Assembly: GCA_963799845.1 (NCBI GenBank) | Contig: CAWCYI010000004.1 | Span: forward strand, 832,001 to 896,000 | Origin: an uncultured Nitrososphaerota archaeon | Lineage (GTDB): Archaea; Thermoproteota; Nitrososphaeria; Nitrososphaerales; CADDZS01 | Length of the DNA: 64,000 nt | Direction: 5' to 3' | In this document: one piece after another, positions 39,678 to 52,045 of the stretch | Numbering within the stretch: position 1 is the first letter of the stretch | Layout: each line of letters opens with the position of its first letter | Translations under genes and position numbers: made by a program | The notes under the pieces: model-generated | Database searches by the model: none | Told to the model about the DNA's origin: nothing | What the model saw: only the letters and a program-made list of their open reading frames with translations

Positions 39678-40463
39678 TTAATTGCGAATCATCGCCTGGG
39701 ATTCCTTCCAAGCGACGACTTTTTTGCTAAGGAATTTCATTCCTTCGCTCGAAATTATACAGATGACCGCTAATACGGCTATCAATGAGTAGGAAAGAGC
39801 GAGCTGCAACTTGTCGGCTGACGCATCGATCATCCCTCCGAGTCCCACCACCGTGAAGACCATTTCGGCAATTATCACTCCCTCGATTGCCCTCGAAATG
39901 CCTAGCCGTAGGCCCACCATCACATTCGGAAGTGAAGCGGGTAAAATTACCTTGTACATCAGTTGAGATTGCGTTGCTCCGTAAGCCATCGCTGACTCGA
40001 CCAAGGAACGATTGCAGTTTTTGACGCCCGTGTATACATTGATTATTATCGAAAAAACGGCGACTAGAAACGCGGTGAGCATGGCACTCACCCACGTAAT
40101 CCCAGTCCAGTTCATAGTCAAGGGGACAAACGCAATCGCCGGAATGGAGTACCAGGAGTTGACCCAAGGTTCCAAGAAAAGATCAACAACCAAGTATCTC
40201 CCCATTAAAACTCCCACGGGAATACCCACAGCGACAGACAGCCCGAATCCCAGAAGTATCGAAAGAATCGTCACCTGAAGCCCCGAGATGAGATGCAATC
40301 TCAGTGCAGTGTTAGAATAGAGCTGTGTGAGCTCGTACCACGTCTCTCCCGGCCCAGCGATCATCTGTGGATTGTTAACAATGTGGGCCACGACCCACCA
40401 GATCAGAATCATCAGGACAATCGTCGCGGCAAGGACAAGATACCTAAGGCTTGTAATTTTCAT
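39678..40463 (-). CDS. NitT/TauT-family ABC transporter permease
   Basis: GIPVGVLMG, ESAMAYGA...ILPASLP, IIAEM. Confidence 0.9.
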   Translation of the reverse strand: MKITSLRYLVLAATIVLMILIWWVVAHIVNNPQMIAGPGETWYELTQLYSNTALRLHLISGLQVTILSILLGFGLSVAVGIPVGVLMGRYLVVDLFLEPWVNSWYSIPAIAFVPLTMNWTGITWVSAMLTAFLVAVFSIIINVYTGVKNCNRSLVESAMAYGATQSQLMYKVILPASLPNVMVGLRLGISRAIEGVIIAEMVFTVVGLGGMIDASADKLQLALSYSLIAVLAVICIISSEGMKFLSKKVVAWKESQAMIRN

Positions 40464-41440
40464 CTTCCAAGCTCCCTCGAAATCCGTTCACCTTCCTTCC
40501 ATCTGAAAAGTCGATTCTCCAAGATTTTCGGGGCTTGCAAAAGAAGAATTCCAACCAACGCGATGAGTACGACCGTTGCCATCATGGAAGGAGTATTGAG
40601 TATCTCCTCGAAGGTCATCATAAGTCCCCCCAGTCCGCGATTTCCACCGAGTAGCGTTTCAGCCATTATTGCTCCCAACAGAGCTCTTCCCACGGCTATT
40701 CTAACACCTGCGAATATGTCTGGTAGCGTAGAGGGAAGGACAATTTTTGTGATAAATTGCACATTACTAGCCCCAAACGTTTTTCCAACTTCGGCGAGGG
40801 CATTGCTCATGTATCTCACTCCAGCGTGTGTGTTCATGATTACAGTGAAGACAGATAGAACAAACGAGATGAATACATCTGCCAGAAAGCCTCCACCAAT
40901 CGAAAAGTATAGACCGGGAATCAGCACCACAACCGGAATCGAATTCGTTGCAGACACCCAGGGCTCCGCAACCATTTCTGCAGTCTTCCAACGTCCCATG
41001 ATTACCCCAATTGGAATCCCCACGGCCACACTGAGTCCCAATCCCAGAGTGACTACCTCAAGAGTCTCAAGTAAAGCACCATATGCATTTTCCAAGCCCA
41101 GAGTCCCGGAGGACGGAGTGATTTGGAGTAGACCGGATAGCGCCATCAGTACCGGAATCGGACCTGCGAGTATTGCAGAATTACCTGCGTAGTACGCCAA
41201 AACTTGCCAAGTCCCGAGGAACAGAGCTGAGCTTACAAGGAAAATCAAAATCTTCTTCGATAAAGACAGTCCATCGATGCGTTTGCCGCGCCTCTTCTTC
41301 TCTACTTTTTCTGTCGACTTCTTTTCGAACTTCAGCTCCTGCCCATCTTGGATTTCATCTAACTCCACTACGGGAGTGGTTGCGAAGGTATTGTGATCCT
41401 TACGAGGCTGCTCGTAGGCCATTGATTCCGAAGCCTCCAT
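40460..41440 (-). CDS. NitT/TauT-family ABC transporter permease
   Basis: GIPIGVIMG, EVGKTFGA...VLPSTLP, IMAET. Confidence 0.9.
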   Translation of the reverse strand: MEASESMAYEQPRKDHNTFATTPVVELDEIQDGQELKFEKKSTEKVEKKRRGKRIDGLSLSKKILIFLVSSALFLGTWQVLAYYAGNSAILAGPIPVLMALSGLLQITPSSGTLGLENAYGALLETLEVVTLGLGLSVAVGIPIGVIMGRWKTAEMVAEPWVSATNSIPVVVLIPGLYFSIGGGFLADVFISFVLSVFTVIMNTHAGVRYMSNALAEVGKTFGASNVQFITKIVLPSTLPDIFAGVRIAVGRALLGAIMAETLLGGNRGLGGLMMTFEEILNTPSMMATVVLIALVGILLLQAPKILENRLFRWKEGERISRELGR

Positions 41441-42233
41441 TTTCTGTAATTTCGGTTTCTAGGAACTTCCAAATCTTGTTTCGAAGATATCTGTATTCTT
41501 CCTGCGACCTCAGATCATAGTTCCATCTTTCAGCCGGAAAGTCCACCGGGATGATTTCTTTTGCCTTTCCAGGTCTAGCGCTTAACAACACGATTTCGTC
41601 CGACAAATAAATTGCCTCGTCAACATTGTGAGTAACCAAGAGGGTTGTCTTAGGAACTGTTCCCTTTACGATCTGCAACAGTTGCTTTTGTAAAATTTCT
41701 CGAGTCTGCTCGTCCACAGAAGCGAAGGGCTCGTCCATCAAAAGTACTTCAGGCTCTATCGCAAGCGCGCGTGCCAGCCCTACCCGCTGTTGCATTCCTC
41801 CAGAAACTTCGTGTACGTAGTGATTTTCAAATCCTGTGAGTCCAACAATCTCGATGTATTTTTGCGAAATTTTTTTACGCTCCTCCTCGTCTACTCCACG
41901 TAGCTCTAGCCCAAATTCGACATTTTTTAGAATGTTCCTCCAAGGGAGCAAGCCGAATTGTTGGAATACAAAACCCATTTTTTGTGGTGGGGATTTCACA
42001 GGTTTTCCATCGAAGATTACTTCTCCAGAGCTTGGTTCAATCAACCCGTCAATGATCCGAAGTAACGTCGTCTTGCCGCATCCCGAAGGGCCGATAATGC
42101 TCGTCAAAGAACCTGCCTTCAATTCGAAGGTCACCCCGCCCAAGACTTCCGAAACCTCATCCTTTCCCTGCCTCGATCCCTTCTTCACGAAGGTTTTGGT
42201 CACATCGATTGTTTTAACGATCGCTGATGACAA
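41400..42233 (-). CDS. NitT/TauT-family ABC transporter ATP-binding protein
   Basis: GPSGCGKTT, VSGGMQQRV, LLMDEPF, VTHNVDEA. Confidence 0.95.
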   Translation of the reverse strand: MSSAIVKTIDVTKTFVKKGSRQGKDEVSEVLGGVTFELKAGSLTSIIGPSGCGKTTLLRIIDGLIEPSSGEVIFDGKPVKSPPQKMGFVFQQFGLLPWRNILKNVEFGLELRGVDEEERKKISQKYIEIVGLTGFENHYVHEVSGGMQQRVGLARALAIEPEVLLMDEPFASVDEQTREILQKQLLQIVKGTVPKTTLLVTHNVDEAIYLSDEIVLLSARPGKAKEIIPVDFPAERWNYDLRSQEEYRYLRNKIWKFLETEITENGGFGINGLRAAS

Positions 42234-42812
42234 GAGTTCCTTAGCAACCTTCTCGCGCTGGAAAAGATCAACAGACCTTTCTGTGGAACTCTATTTGATT
42301 GCAGACTACACTTAGAATTAGAGCGATCTGAAATTCTGATCCAACCCACCGATTTACAATCAAAGCACCCAAAAATATTCTGACATCGATCCGGTAATCT
42401 CCAAGACGATCGTCCTAGCAAAATGATATTCTCCAAACCACAACGGGTAAGAGGCCCTCGTGTGTTCTTTTATCCGTTATAAATTCCGGATCTAGATTGA
42501 TCGATCCATTCTGACTCGACTGACTAACGCCGAAAACTCGAATCTGTCTAGATCAAGACTACTAGATTCCCGTATCTGTAGCCTGAATTCCACCTTCGTT
42601 ATTATATGCCAGAGCGTATGGAATCACTGTGAAAGGGCACCGTCAGATTCCTTCGGAAAAAATTTTGATGCGTGACAGTTCTGCAAATTTTTTGAATCAT
42701 TTACTTGATTCTCAGCAGATATATATTAGGGCAGACTGGATAATTTCAAATTGTTAATCTGAATTATGAACCCCTTGGATATCCCAATCGCATCGCCAAT
42801 CAAACACTTGGT

Positions 42813-44009
42813 GTGAATAGTTTGAATCTATCTAGGTATGTCCCGCTCTTTCTTTCAATTGCGTTGGTTTTATCCATGGTGTCTTATTCCGAGATGAATC
42901 TACCGGTATCATCGGCAGGTCAGACAAACATCACCCTGACAATCGGTTATCCGAATTCGATGGACGAGAGTGAAGTAACCGATCAGTATGCTTTCCAGCT
43001 CTTAGCGGCCGAAGGCATACACGTGATTCCTACATACTATGACAATCCCTCGCTCGATTACAAGGGCTTGATCGCTGGACAACAGGAGATTTCTTACGAC
43101 GAGAGCGAAGGGTCACTACTTTCAGGACAGGCTACTACATGCGTTGGTGGCTACATGCTCGCCGGAACCTATCTAGCTGTTGCCGGAGATGGCATAACGA
43201 GCCCATCGCAATTATTGGGAAAGACGGCCGAGGACTTTGGTGCGGGCACTATCGAGAGATACCTAGACTATTACTGGTTTGATCAGGCGGGTGTTCCAAC
43301 GAACACCATCGGACCGAATCCCAATTCTGTTTTCTTGAAAACTGGCGGGGAAAATGTCGAGACCGTTCACGATCTCGAAACTGGCGCGGCGCAGATGATA
43401 GTTGTTGACGATTTTATTCTATCCGACCTGCAAAATCCCAGCATCAACAATTCTGCCCATGACGGCCCGTTCCACGTTATTTTTTACGCCCCACACAACT
43501 ACTACGATACTTGCTTCGCTGCCAGAGATGATTGGCTTTCCAGCGCATCCAATCAGGCAGTATTAGTAAAGTTTCTAGCTGCATTGTACCAAGCACAGCG
43601 TTACTTCATCTCAAACCACGACAGTTATCTTACGTTTGCGGAGCAGCAGCTTCCGGAGACCCCAATTTCTGAAATTCAATTTGCTTCAACTTACTATCCC
43701 GCCCACTATGCGTACTGGCCTTACGGCATCTACAACCTTCAGGGTGATCAGAACATTAGTGTAAAGTACAACGGAACTAACCAATTCTTCATTACTGCGG
43801 GGGTCCTGAAGTCTCCTGTCGCCAATGATTCTGTAAAGCCATTCGGAGTTTACAACAAGTACTTTGAGCTTCAAGCCCTCCAGATGCTGGGCCCGTATTC
43901 GTATCCGAACGAAAGCTGGGTTGGGACAACACCATCGTTCGAGTCCAACCTTCAGTCTTGGGTGCCCTCTTGGATGATGAACAGTCCGAGCGCTACGAGT
44001 TCTGGATGA
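42813..44009 (+). CDS. ABC substrate-binding protein (NMT1/SsuA-like)
   Basis: Signal peptide, GITSPSQLLGKT, KFLAALYQAQRY; divergent from the ABC operon. Confidence 0.75.
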   Translation: MNSLNLSRYVPLFLSIALVLSMVSYSEMNLPVSSAGQTNITLTIGYPNSMDESEVTDQYAFQLLAAEGIHVIPTYYDNPSLDYKGLIAGQQEISYDESEGSLLSGQATTCVGGYMLAGTYLAVAGDGITSPSQLLGKTAEDFGAGTIERYLDYYWFDQAGVPTNTIGPNPNSVFLKTGGENVETVHDLETGAAQMIVVDDFILSDLQNPSINNSAHDGPFHVIFYAPHNYYDTCFAARDDWLSSASNQAVLVKFLAALYQAQRYFISNHDSYLTFAEQQLPETPISEIQFASTYYPAHYAYWPYGIYNLQGDQNISVKYNGTNQFFITAGVLKSPVANDSVKPFGVYNKYFELQALQMLGPYSYPNESWVGTTPSFESNLQSWVPSWMMNSPSATSSG

Positions 44010-44021
44010 GGCTAAAATACC

Positions 44022-44664
44022 ATGGTATCGACAAGTATATTCATCGGACTCGGGCTACTTGCGCTGGGCGCTGCGATCGGATTTTTTGGAGCCGCGACGC
44101 CAATCGCTTCGGCATCACAACAAACGATTCCCCTGATCAACACCGTCATCGTCGTTGCCCCCAACGACTACTCGACACAGAGTCTACAATTGGCCAAAGG
44201 TGAAACGGTGCAGCTCTCGTTGAGCATAGAAAATCAGACAATATTCACATTTGACATCATGAATCAAAGCCAATTCTACATCTACAATAACTGCGCGCCT
44301 AAATGCGTGCAACCCTTCTTGGGAGGAACTGGTTCTTATTATCAACAGGCTGGTGAAGCTGAGCCGTCCCAAGTAAATGTCTCAATTTCCCCTTTGTCAC
44401 CCTATTCCAAGCAATTCACCGCCCCCGCGAACGGAACTTACTATTTTGTATTCGACAACTCGATCGGACCTCAGCTGGAGTAGTTACTCTGATCAAAACG
44501 CAAGCGGAGCCACGGTCGGTCAGTTTTCGTTATCCTCAATCCGAGCTGTTACTACTAGTTCGGTGAACTGGGCCATGGTCGGTCTTGGAGCTGTAGTCAC
44601 TATCTCGGGAGGTGGAGCAGCAAGTGCATCATGGGGAACGAGACCCAAAATGAAAGCGGCATAA
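44022..44664 (+). CDS. Two-TM membrane protein with emp24/GOLD-like beta domain, split by a +1 indel near 44471
   Basis: FTAPANGTYYFVFDNS motif; the C-terminal TM lies in the next frame. Confidence 0.7.
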
Positions 44665-44728
44665 TTTCTTAATTGAGAATTGAGCCATGAGCTTCTTTGG
44701 AAAATGACTCGCGAAGCTTGCCAAGGAG

Positions 44729-46308
44729 ATGCGTGTAGTGGAGCTTCTACGAATTACCACTCGGAAACAAATCAGAAAATATCTCTGTTTGACAATTATA
44801 GCTGCGATATTTGCTCCTGCTTTCAGCACAGCCTTGACATCAAGCCGAGTTAGTGTCCCTTCTCCTTTTGTGAAGTATACACTTTTTCTGTCCAATGATT
44901 CGCTGATTATAGGAAATCCAGCCACGAGCGTCGGCTCCCAGCATTCTGCATATATCGAGAAACTCGAGCAAGGAGCGACTGCCGACGGTACCGTTTCTAC
45001 CTCAGTAAACGTGGGCGCTGTTCCAAACGGAATAGCTTTCGACCCTACCAACGGCAATTTGTACGTCGCAAACTTTTCTCCGGGAACCGTTTCTGTCATC
45101 AATGGAAGCACGAATTCCATTGTGGAGACTGTTAACCTAAACTATCCGGTCTCTCCGTGGGATGTCGGATTCGATCCCTACAACGGGAACATTTACGTCG
45201 GCGACACGAGGAGTGGATCTGTCTCCGTGATAAGTGGAGACAACAACTCCGTACTGGCGAACGTGGCCGTAGGAGATGATATGTTGAGCGGTGATCACGA
45301 CGATCGTCCTAATGGAGTTGTATTCGATCCGTACAATGACTTCATGTACGTGGCTATGTACGGCAGTGGATTCTTGGCAGAGATTAACAGCGATACAAAC
45401 GCTTTGGTGGCTAATGCGCCAGCCAACTACAGTCCTTACGTAAATAGAGGTGCCTGGGGCCTTGCTTACGATCTTTTAAACTGCAATCTGTACTCCACGA
45501 ATGAACTTGCAGACACCTTGATTGTCGTAAGTGGTGTCACCAATGCCTTCGTGACTTCAATTAATGTCGGACACAGCCCGAACGGTGTAGTTGTTGATGA
45601 CTTTCCGGGGCCCAGTCATGGAAACGTGTTTGTCACAAATTATGCGGCAAACACTGTATCGGTTATCAACGGATCATCAGATCTAGTGATCAATACCATT
45701 AATGTCGGGCAAAATCCCGACGGAATTGCCCTTGATCCGAGAACTGGAGAGTTGTATGTCTCAAATTTTGGTGATGGCACAGTGTCTGTTATTGACGGTG
45801 TCACAGACTCGGTCGTCGACACCATCAAAGTAGGATCAGGGGCCAGCGGAATAGCTTACGACGCCTGGAACGGTAATATGTATGTGACGAACTCTAATGT
45901 CGGAACGGTCTCTGTAATCTCGACGGGTCAAGACTCGTACTCTACCTCGACGGCCTCCGCTAGTCTGACGAATAACTCGACGTGTGGTGCCGCAATCGAA
46001 ACATCGAATGCAACGGGTACCTCGCTCAGGTACCTGGTCTCACAACTTCGGCGACGACATCTGTTTCCATCCCAACCATAACGTCAACGACAAGCCCGGA
46101 TACTTCAACGTCATACGAATCAACGTCTGTGATTTCAGACACGACAACTTATTCGCTGACAACGACAAATGTTACCAGCTCGACCCTGACGAGTGGCTCT
46201 GGAGGCCCCGGGCAAGAACTCTTTCCGCTCGCGATTGCTACAGCGATAGGAGTAGGTACTCTGGCATCTGTATTAGTCCTCAAAAGACGGTCGAAAGCTA
46301 ATAATTAG
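44729..46308 (+). CDS. YVTN/YncE beta-propeller surface protein with stalk and TM, split by an indel near 46020
   Basis: Repeated PNGIAFDP.NGNLYVAN units; the TM plus KRR is in ORF 45982..46308. Confidence 0.85.
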
Positions 46309-46349
46309 GAAAAAGTTCCTGTACTTTAGTAGGATCTAACGCCAGATAT

Positions 46350-47674
46350 TTAGCTCAAAGATCGCCTTCTCATTACAAAGAAGGCAGAACTCGCCGACAC
46401 GATCCCTACCAGGACGACGGCGACAAGAACCAGCTGATCCGTAGAATTCGAGGAAGTATTGGAGTTCGTAATAGACGAAGAACCGTTGACAAAAGTCTCG
46501 GAGCTGGCTATCTGCGACTCACTAGTAGTAACCATTGTTGTTGAATTTGTAGCGCTTGTAGTCAGGGTCTGACTTGAAAATAAACTAAAAGAAGAATCTG
46601 CGGTCGTTGTGCTGGATGAAGCCGAGGTAATAATTGTAGGCGAAGTAAGGGCCATGGAATCCATCGAAATTACCGTCACAGTACCATCTCCGAAGTTTGT
46701 GACATATAGATCTTGATTCAAAGGATCTATAGCCAAGATGTTCGGTTCTGTACCCGCTTGCGCATAACCGAGAACCGAGTCGTTACTCCCATCGATGACG
46801 CAAATAGTTCCCGATCCGTAATCTGTAACATAAAAGTTTCCGTTTTCTGAATTGTAAGCAATCGATTTCGGATTTCCGCTCACGCTGATATTTCGAATAA
46901 CGCTGTTTGTCGTCCAATTGATCACGGAGACGGTATTTCCCTCGTAATCTGTGACAAAGATATTTCCAAAGTTCGGACCTGGAGATGTATCAATCGCAGC
47001 ATAATTTGGGCTCTCCCCGACTGGTATTGTCGTGACCAACCCATTTGAAGTTCCGTTTACGACTGAGACGGAATCTGATTCTATATTCATGACATATACT
47101 CCCTGATTCGCGGGATCGTAAACAACTCCCCAGGGCAGCAGAGTAGACCCCAAACTTGCAACAGCGGTAATTGAATTTGAGACACTGTCAATGGCAAAGA
47201 CTGAATCAGGTGCAGATTCAACAACATACATTTCATGGTTGAAAGAATTGTAGGCAATTCCGTTTGGATGGTCTTCCCGAGCCCCTACTTTCGCAGTAGC
47301 AATGAGGGAATTATTTGATCCGTCAATGATCGAAACCGTGCCATTGTAAGTATTTGTGATGTATACGTGGCCATTGGCCGGATTGAAAGCAACTTCCCAA
47401 GGAGATCTGGGCCGAGCTTCACCGTTGCTATTACTGAATTGGTCGTCCCGTTGATGACTGAGACAGTACCGGTTTCGAAATTTGCGACGTACAAGTTACC
47501 GTTAAGGGGGTCGAACGCTATTCCGTTTGGCGCATTGCCAACGCGGATGGTGATCGGCGAAGTTTCAGCCGAGGCTAACAAGTGGGTGTAACCACCGTTT
47601 GACACCACTAAAAGGGAAAAAAGAACAGATACGACAAGTTGGAAATGTTTCGGGCTTGTTCCCCTATTTTTCAT
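46350..47674 (-). CDS. YVTN/YncE beta-propeller surface protein with stalk and TM, split by an indel near 47405
   Basis: Signal peptide in 47285..47674; the second frame runs SPWEVAFNPANG into the 293-aa ORF, ending in TM plus RRR. Confidence 0.85.
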
Positions 47675-47716
47675 TAGGAATTTTCAATCCCATCATTCAT
47701 TTCGAAAATTCCCATT

Positions 47717-48160
47717 TTACGCTGTTGGAGCAGGACTCGACGCTTCTGCAGTTGCAGCGTACGCGGTCCTGACATGCGGGCGTTTCAATAGCGCGGGTGA
47801 CGGATATGGCACATCAACCGTGCCTGCCAGCATGAATATCACGGAATAAACGGTCTGGTAAATCCTTGTAAACACGAACGGAACGTTAGTCTGCGGATCA
47901 GCCGAAAGAAGTTTCTCGATCTCGGCCTCTTCCCCGGAAATCCTGGCAGTGCCCTCAACAATGAACTTGGCGATGGCCGGTTCAGTGTCCATGGTCATCT
48001 TAAAATTCAAAACTACGCCGTCGCTCGACCTGTCTGCCTCTTCCAGATTAGCCCCGAAATCGAATATAACCGGAGTGTTGTGATCAGCCTTATCGTCCAT
48101 CTTTTGGACATTGACATTTCTGATCGTGGTTATGACTTCCGATACGGATTTGTCTGGCAT
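47717..48160 (-). CDS. Hypothetical protein, possibly SecB-like fold
   Basis: Four-beta-strand then helix pattern ending VDVPYPSP; divergent from the AAA+ gene. Confidence 0.6.
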   Translation of the reverse strand: MPDKSVSEVITTIRNVNVQKMDDKADHNTPVIFDFGANLEEADRSSDGVVLNFKMTMDTEPAIAKFIVEGTARISGEEAEIEKLLSADPQTNVPFVFTRIYQTVYSVIFMLAGTVDVPYPSPALLKRPHVRTAYAATAEASSPAPTA

Positions 48161-48384
48161 TATTGATCACGAATAGCGGGGTTGTCCAAATTTTTTTGAC
48201 AAAGTGGACAGCGCTCGTTGTCCCCTCCATCCACTAGAGACTAGTGGCATAAGATTTCCATTGTATTTGAGTCTTTTTTCCAAAATAAAGACTTGTGGAT
48301 TTAGAATCCTAATGATCAGTCCATAATTACTAAAGTATCAGGAAGTCAATTATATCTCTCGTCTTTATTTTCTGAGTGTAGATA

Positions 48385-49566
48385 ATGTCTGGATTAGCAG
48401 AAAGTGCTCCGCCTGAAAAACCGAAGGAGCGCAAGACTCACACCGCGGAAGCTACCGGTGTCAGACTGAATATTACAATTTCCAAAAAGAAGCAGTCCGA
48501 AAGGCCCGAGCTGGTCGAAAAGTACGATGTCGAAAATTACGATCTGATTCAGGGGCAGACGTTCGACGACAAGCTACGCGCCCTAATTCCTAGAGGCACT
48601 CCCGAATACTTGGATCACGGAGAGAAATACGTCGAGAGGATAACGAGAGCACTGTATCACTTCAAGCAGTGCGCCCTGATTGGTCCCTCCGGTACCGGAA
48701 AAACTCACATCGTCTACCTCGTTGCCGAGCTCTCGGGTCTACCAATTTGGGAAATCAACTGTGGTCTACAGACCTCAGCTTACGACTTGTTCGGAAGATA
48801 CGTGGGTCTTGGCAGGGAGAACTGGATTGATGGTCAGATTGTGTCGTGGTGTCGATATGGAGGGATCCTTTACCTGGACGAGGCTAACATGATGAAGCAA
48901 GACGTTGCAACCAGGCTGAACCCGGTCCTCGATACCAGAGGTCATCTAGTACTTACCGAAAAAGACAACGAGATCATACCGAGGCACCCCACCGGATACG
49001 TGATAATCAGCATGAACCCGTATTCGGCTGAATTTGCCGGTACCAAACCACTCAATGCAGCCTTCAGGCGCCGAATGTCTGTTTGGATCGATTTCGATTA
49101 CCTGAGCGTTGGAACTAAGATTGCACCAGATGAAATAGGGTTGGTCGAGAAAAAAGCCAAAGTTTCAAAGGAAACCGCAACAGGCATAATCCGAGTTGGT
49201 GCAGAATTGAGAAGGCAATACAAGGCAAATGAGCTACCGTACGGTCCGTCAGTCGGAGACCTCGTAAACTGGGCGCTGCTGGTCGCTGACGGCGTTGCTC
49301 CCGAAGTTGCGGCAGAAGAAACTGTGATCGCGATGACCTCTGACAATGCGGAAGTTCAGGATACTGTCAGGCGAGTCGTCCGAATGATATTCACCGGTGC
49401 AGCGTCAAAGGGAGAACAAGAGAACGAAAAATCTGTACCAGCTCCAGAACCGAAGGAGACGTACGAAGAACCCATTGCTCCGAAAGTTGTCGAGAGGCCA
49501 AGATACACCGCGCCAGTTTCGGACGGCGGAGATTCCGATTTCAGTTTTGGCGGTAGTGACCTGTAG
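48385..49566 (+). CDS. MoxR-clade AAA+ ATPase (CbbQ/NorQ/GvpN-like)
   Basis: GPSGTGKT, ILYLDEAN, IISMNP, PLNAAFRRR. Confidence 0.88.
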   Translation: MSGLAESAPPEKPKERKTHTAEATGVRLNITISKKKQSERPELVEKYDVENYDLIQGQTFDDKLRALIPRGTPEYLDHGEKYVERITRALYHFKQCALIGPSGTGKTHIVYLVAELSGLPIWEINCGLQTSAYDLFGRYVGLGRENWIDGQIVSWCRYGGILYLDEANMMKQDVATRLNPVLDTRGHLVLTEKDNEIIPRHPTGYVIISMNPYSAEFAGTKPLNAAFRRRMSVWIDFDYLSVGTKIAPDEIGLVEKKAKVSKETATGIIRVGAELRRQYKANELPYGPSVGDLVNWALLVADGVAPEVAAEETVIAMTSDNAEVQDTVRRVVRMIFTGAASKGEQENEKSVPAPEPKETYEEPIAPKVVERPRYTAPVSDGGDSDFSFGGSDL

Positions 49567-49591
49567 CGCCCTAAAGTGAACGTCTGAAAAA

Positions 49592-51340
49592 TTGAACCCT
49601 ACCGACTTTGCGTGGAGCTCGCTTCAATCGATCACCCAGCTCCAGCCCAAAGACGTCAAGCTTCTCGTTGATGAAATCGAGTACCCGACTCTTGGCACCG
49701 ACTCTGTTGGTTACGTCCTCCACCTCAGCATGCCCAAAAAACCAAGAGACAACCTTTACTCACTTCACGGGATGTATTTTGACAACGACGCTCATGGCAA
49801 GTCTTCGATGTGGAGGATGTTTCGCGCATCAGTATACCACTTGAGTCTACACGCCAACACGACAGACTACCGCGTCTATCGCAGCCTCCAAAATTATACT
49901 CCGTCGGTTAACAACTTGATGTTTGTCATCTCAACCGTCGAGGACTATGCAATCCGCGGCCACATGCGTTCAAAATGGCCGGGACTCTTGCTTGACTGCG
50001 CGTACGCGAGCCACATGACCGCGCTTCGATTCAAAAATATGAACGAGGTTGGAGATCCATCCACTCGTCTAGCGGCGAATTTTCTTTCATACTCGTTGAC
50101 CGGGAAACCGATAGTCTCTCTGGGGCAGAGCTTGACCAGCAAGTTTCTCAATTGCATGAATCCCTCATTGATCTTGAAGTTTCCGTACAGAAATATTATT
50201 CGACGCTTGGAAAAAATCCCTCGAATGAACCAACCTCGCCGGTGGGAATCGATTCTAAGAAGATCAACACTGCGAAGAAGATACTCGACTTTTTCGCGGG
50301 ACAGTCTTGCTTCATGGCACAAATTCCATCGCCACCGTTTGCAGATAATCATGGCCCAAACGATCTCTTCGAACCCTCTCCAGCGACTGGAGAAGCGGTA
50401 AACTTTGAGTCAATTCTCAAAGACGCGGCTTCAGAGTTTTCATTGGAATTATCGCCAGCCTCACTGGCAGACTCTGACAAGCAACTTGGTATAGAGAGTC
50501 AGACTGTTCTAGGAGACTGGGAGTATTCCCTGACCGTGATGAAACGACTCTCGGAGATCTACCGTACCATCGATCCAAAAACCCACTTTGAGAATTTTCT
50601 GTTTCCGAAGGAAGATTACGCGGAATACGTTAGAACTAGGACAAAGTCTGATTGGACCAATCCGTCTAGTTCTAGATCAGCTTAGAAATGTAAAATCCGC
50701 GCTCGATGACAACGTAGCCAGATCTGGAAACCTGGAAATGTCGAAGGCAATCCAAGTGATCGCGACGAGATCAAACGACACCGATGTCTTTCAGAGAGAG
50801 GAGAACGAGACAAAAAGCGAAGCCTGGGCGATCTTGATCGATTCCAGCAAAAGCCTCGAAACCTTTGCGCGGGACGTCCAGGAGATCGTGGTATGTCTTG
50901 CCGAGGTCGCAAAAGACCTCATACCCAACCACAATTCGTGGGCATGTTACTCGTTTAATGAAAACCTCTACATTGTGAAAGACTTTTCCGAGATTTACGG
51001 GATGAGGACAAAATCGCGCATCGGAGGGCTAGATTCTGGTCTCAAAACCTATCTGCCGGACGCGCTGCGGCTGGCCGCGAACCGCATAAAGAACGCGACC
51101 GAGGAAATCAAGGTACTTTTGGTAGCTTCTGACGGCTTCCCGCTAGGCTATGAGGGAATAGATGAGGAACTTGTCGAGACGATCGAGCAGATAAACAAGG
51201 CAGGCATCCAGCTAATAGGGATGGGCGTGGGCAGCTCATCGATAAAGAAGTACTTCAGATCAAACTGCCTGATATCGAGCCCGTTCGATCTCATGAAGCA
51301 GTTCGTAAAGATCTACATTGAACTTTCGACTGCCTTCTAG
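49592..51340 (+). CDS. VWA-domain partner (NorD/CbbO-like), in three pieces due to indels near 50140 and 50647
   Basis: MIDAS ILIDSSKS, T..PDAL, VASDGFP in the C-terminal piece; contiguous overlapping ORFs. Confidence 0.82.
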
Positions 51341-51367
51341 CGTCGAAAACACTCTGTGAAAAGACTC

Positions 51368-51964
51368 TTATTTCAAAACTGCGATTCTGAACGATTCCTG
51401 GTACCAGAATTTTTTCTCGTCCTGCGCCTTTGGTTCACTGGTAGGCAGGACGTATTTCGGCAAACCATCCTTGAAGACGATCCTCAACCTCTGGTCAGCC
51501 CTAAAACCCTGCGAGGGCAGATCGGAAAGGAGTTTCGTGGCGGCTTCAAGTGCGGGAAGTTTCGATTTTAGTGCTTCTGTAATTTTGAAAAGTATCGAGA
51601 TCTCGTTTGCAGCTATCTGGGTTTCAGAGCCTGTCGCTAACTTCAGTGTGTGATCCTCAGATTCGAGTGCTATCCAGCCCTTCTCCTCGCCTGGATCGCG
51701 TTTTTTGTCGTCTTTCTTTTTCTTGTCATTGCTTTTTGGATCAATGAAGCCGTCGCTCATTCCGGGCATTGGGATCTGGCTCCCGACGGACTTTAATCGC
51801 GGATCGTTTGACTCCCTCGCCTGCCGAAGCAAAGTGCCGAGGCGGTCCTCGTATCGCTTAATCATCTTCGAATGAATGTCGATTGACTGGTCCAGAACTG
51901 CGAGAACTTCCTTCAGGTTTTCAAACGACATGATAGAGTTCGCGAGTGTCAGTTCGTCTCGCAT
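51368..51964 (-). CDS. Hypothetical coiled-coil protein
   Basis: 198 aa, helical and charged. Confidence 0.7.
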   Translation of the reverse strand: MRDELTLANSIMSFENLKEVLAVLDQSIDIHSKMIKRYEDRLGTLLRQARESNDPRLKSVGSQIPMPGMSDGFIDPKSNDKKKKDDKKRDPGEEKGWIALESEDHTLKLATGSETQIAANEISILFKITEALKSKLPALEAATKLLSDLPSQGFRADQRLRIVFKDGLPKYVLPTSEPKAQDEKKFWYQESFRIAVLK

Positions 51965-52045
51965 GCTGCTAAGATACCCCGGGATTGCCGTACTCTGGCA
52001 TTATATATCTCTGCCCGGGGAAAAATGAGGTAATTCACGAAGGAA

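Noticed and set aside
40293-41192. 299-aa plus-strand ORF and other long antisense ORFs in the track
   Set aside because: They are shadows of well-supported genes on the opposite strand.
48385-51340. Evidence for nitric oxide reductase, Rubisco activation or gas vesicles
   Set aside because: Only the generic AAA+/VWA pair is present; no norCB, rbcL or gvpA in the window.
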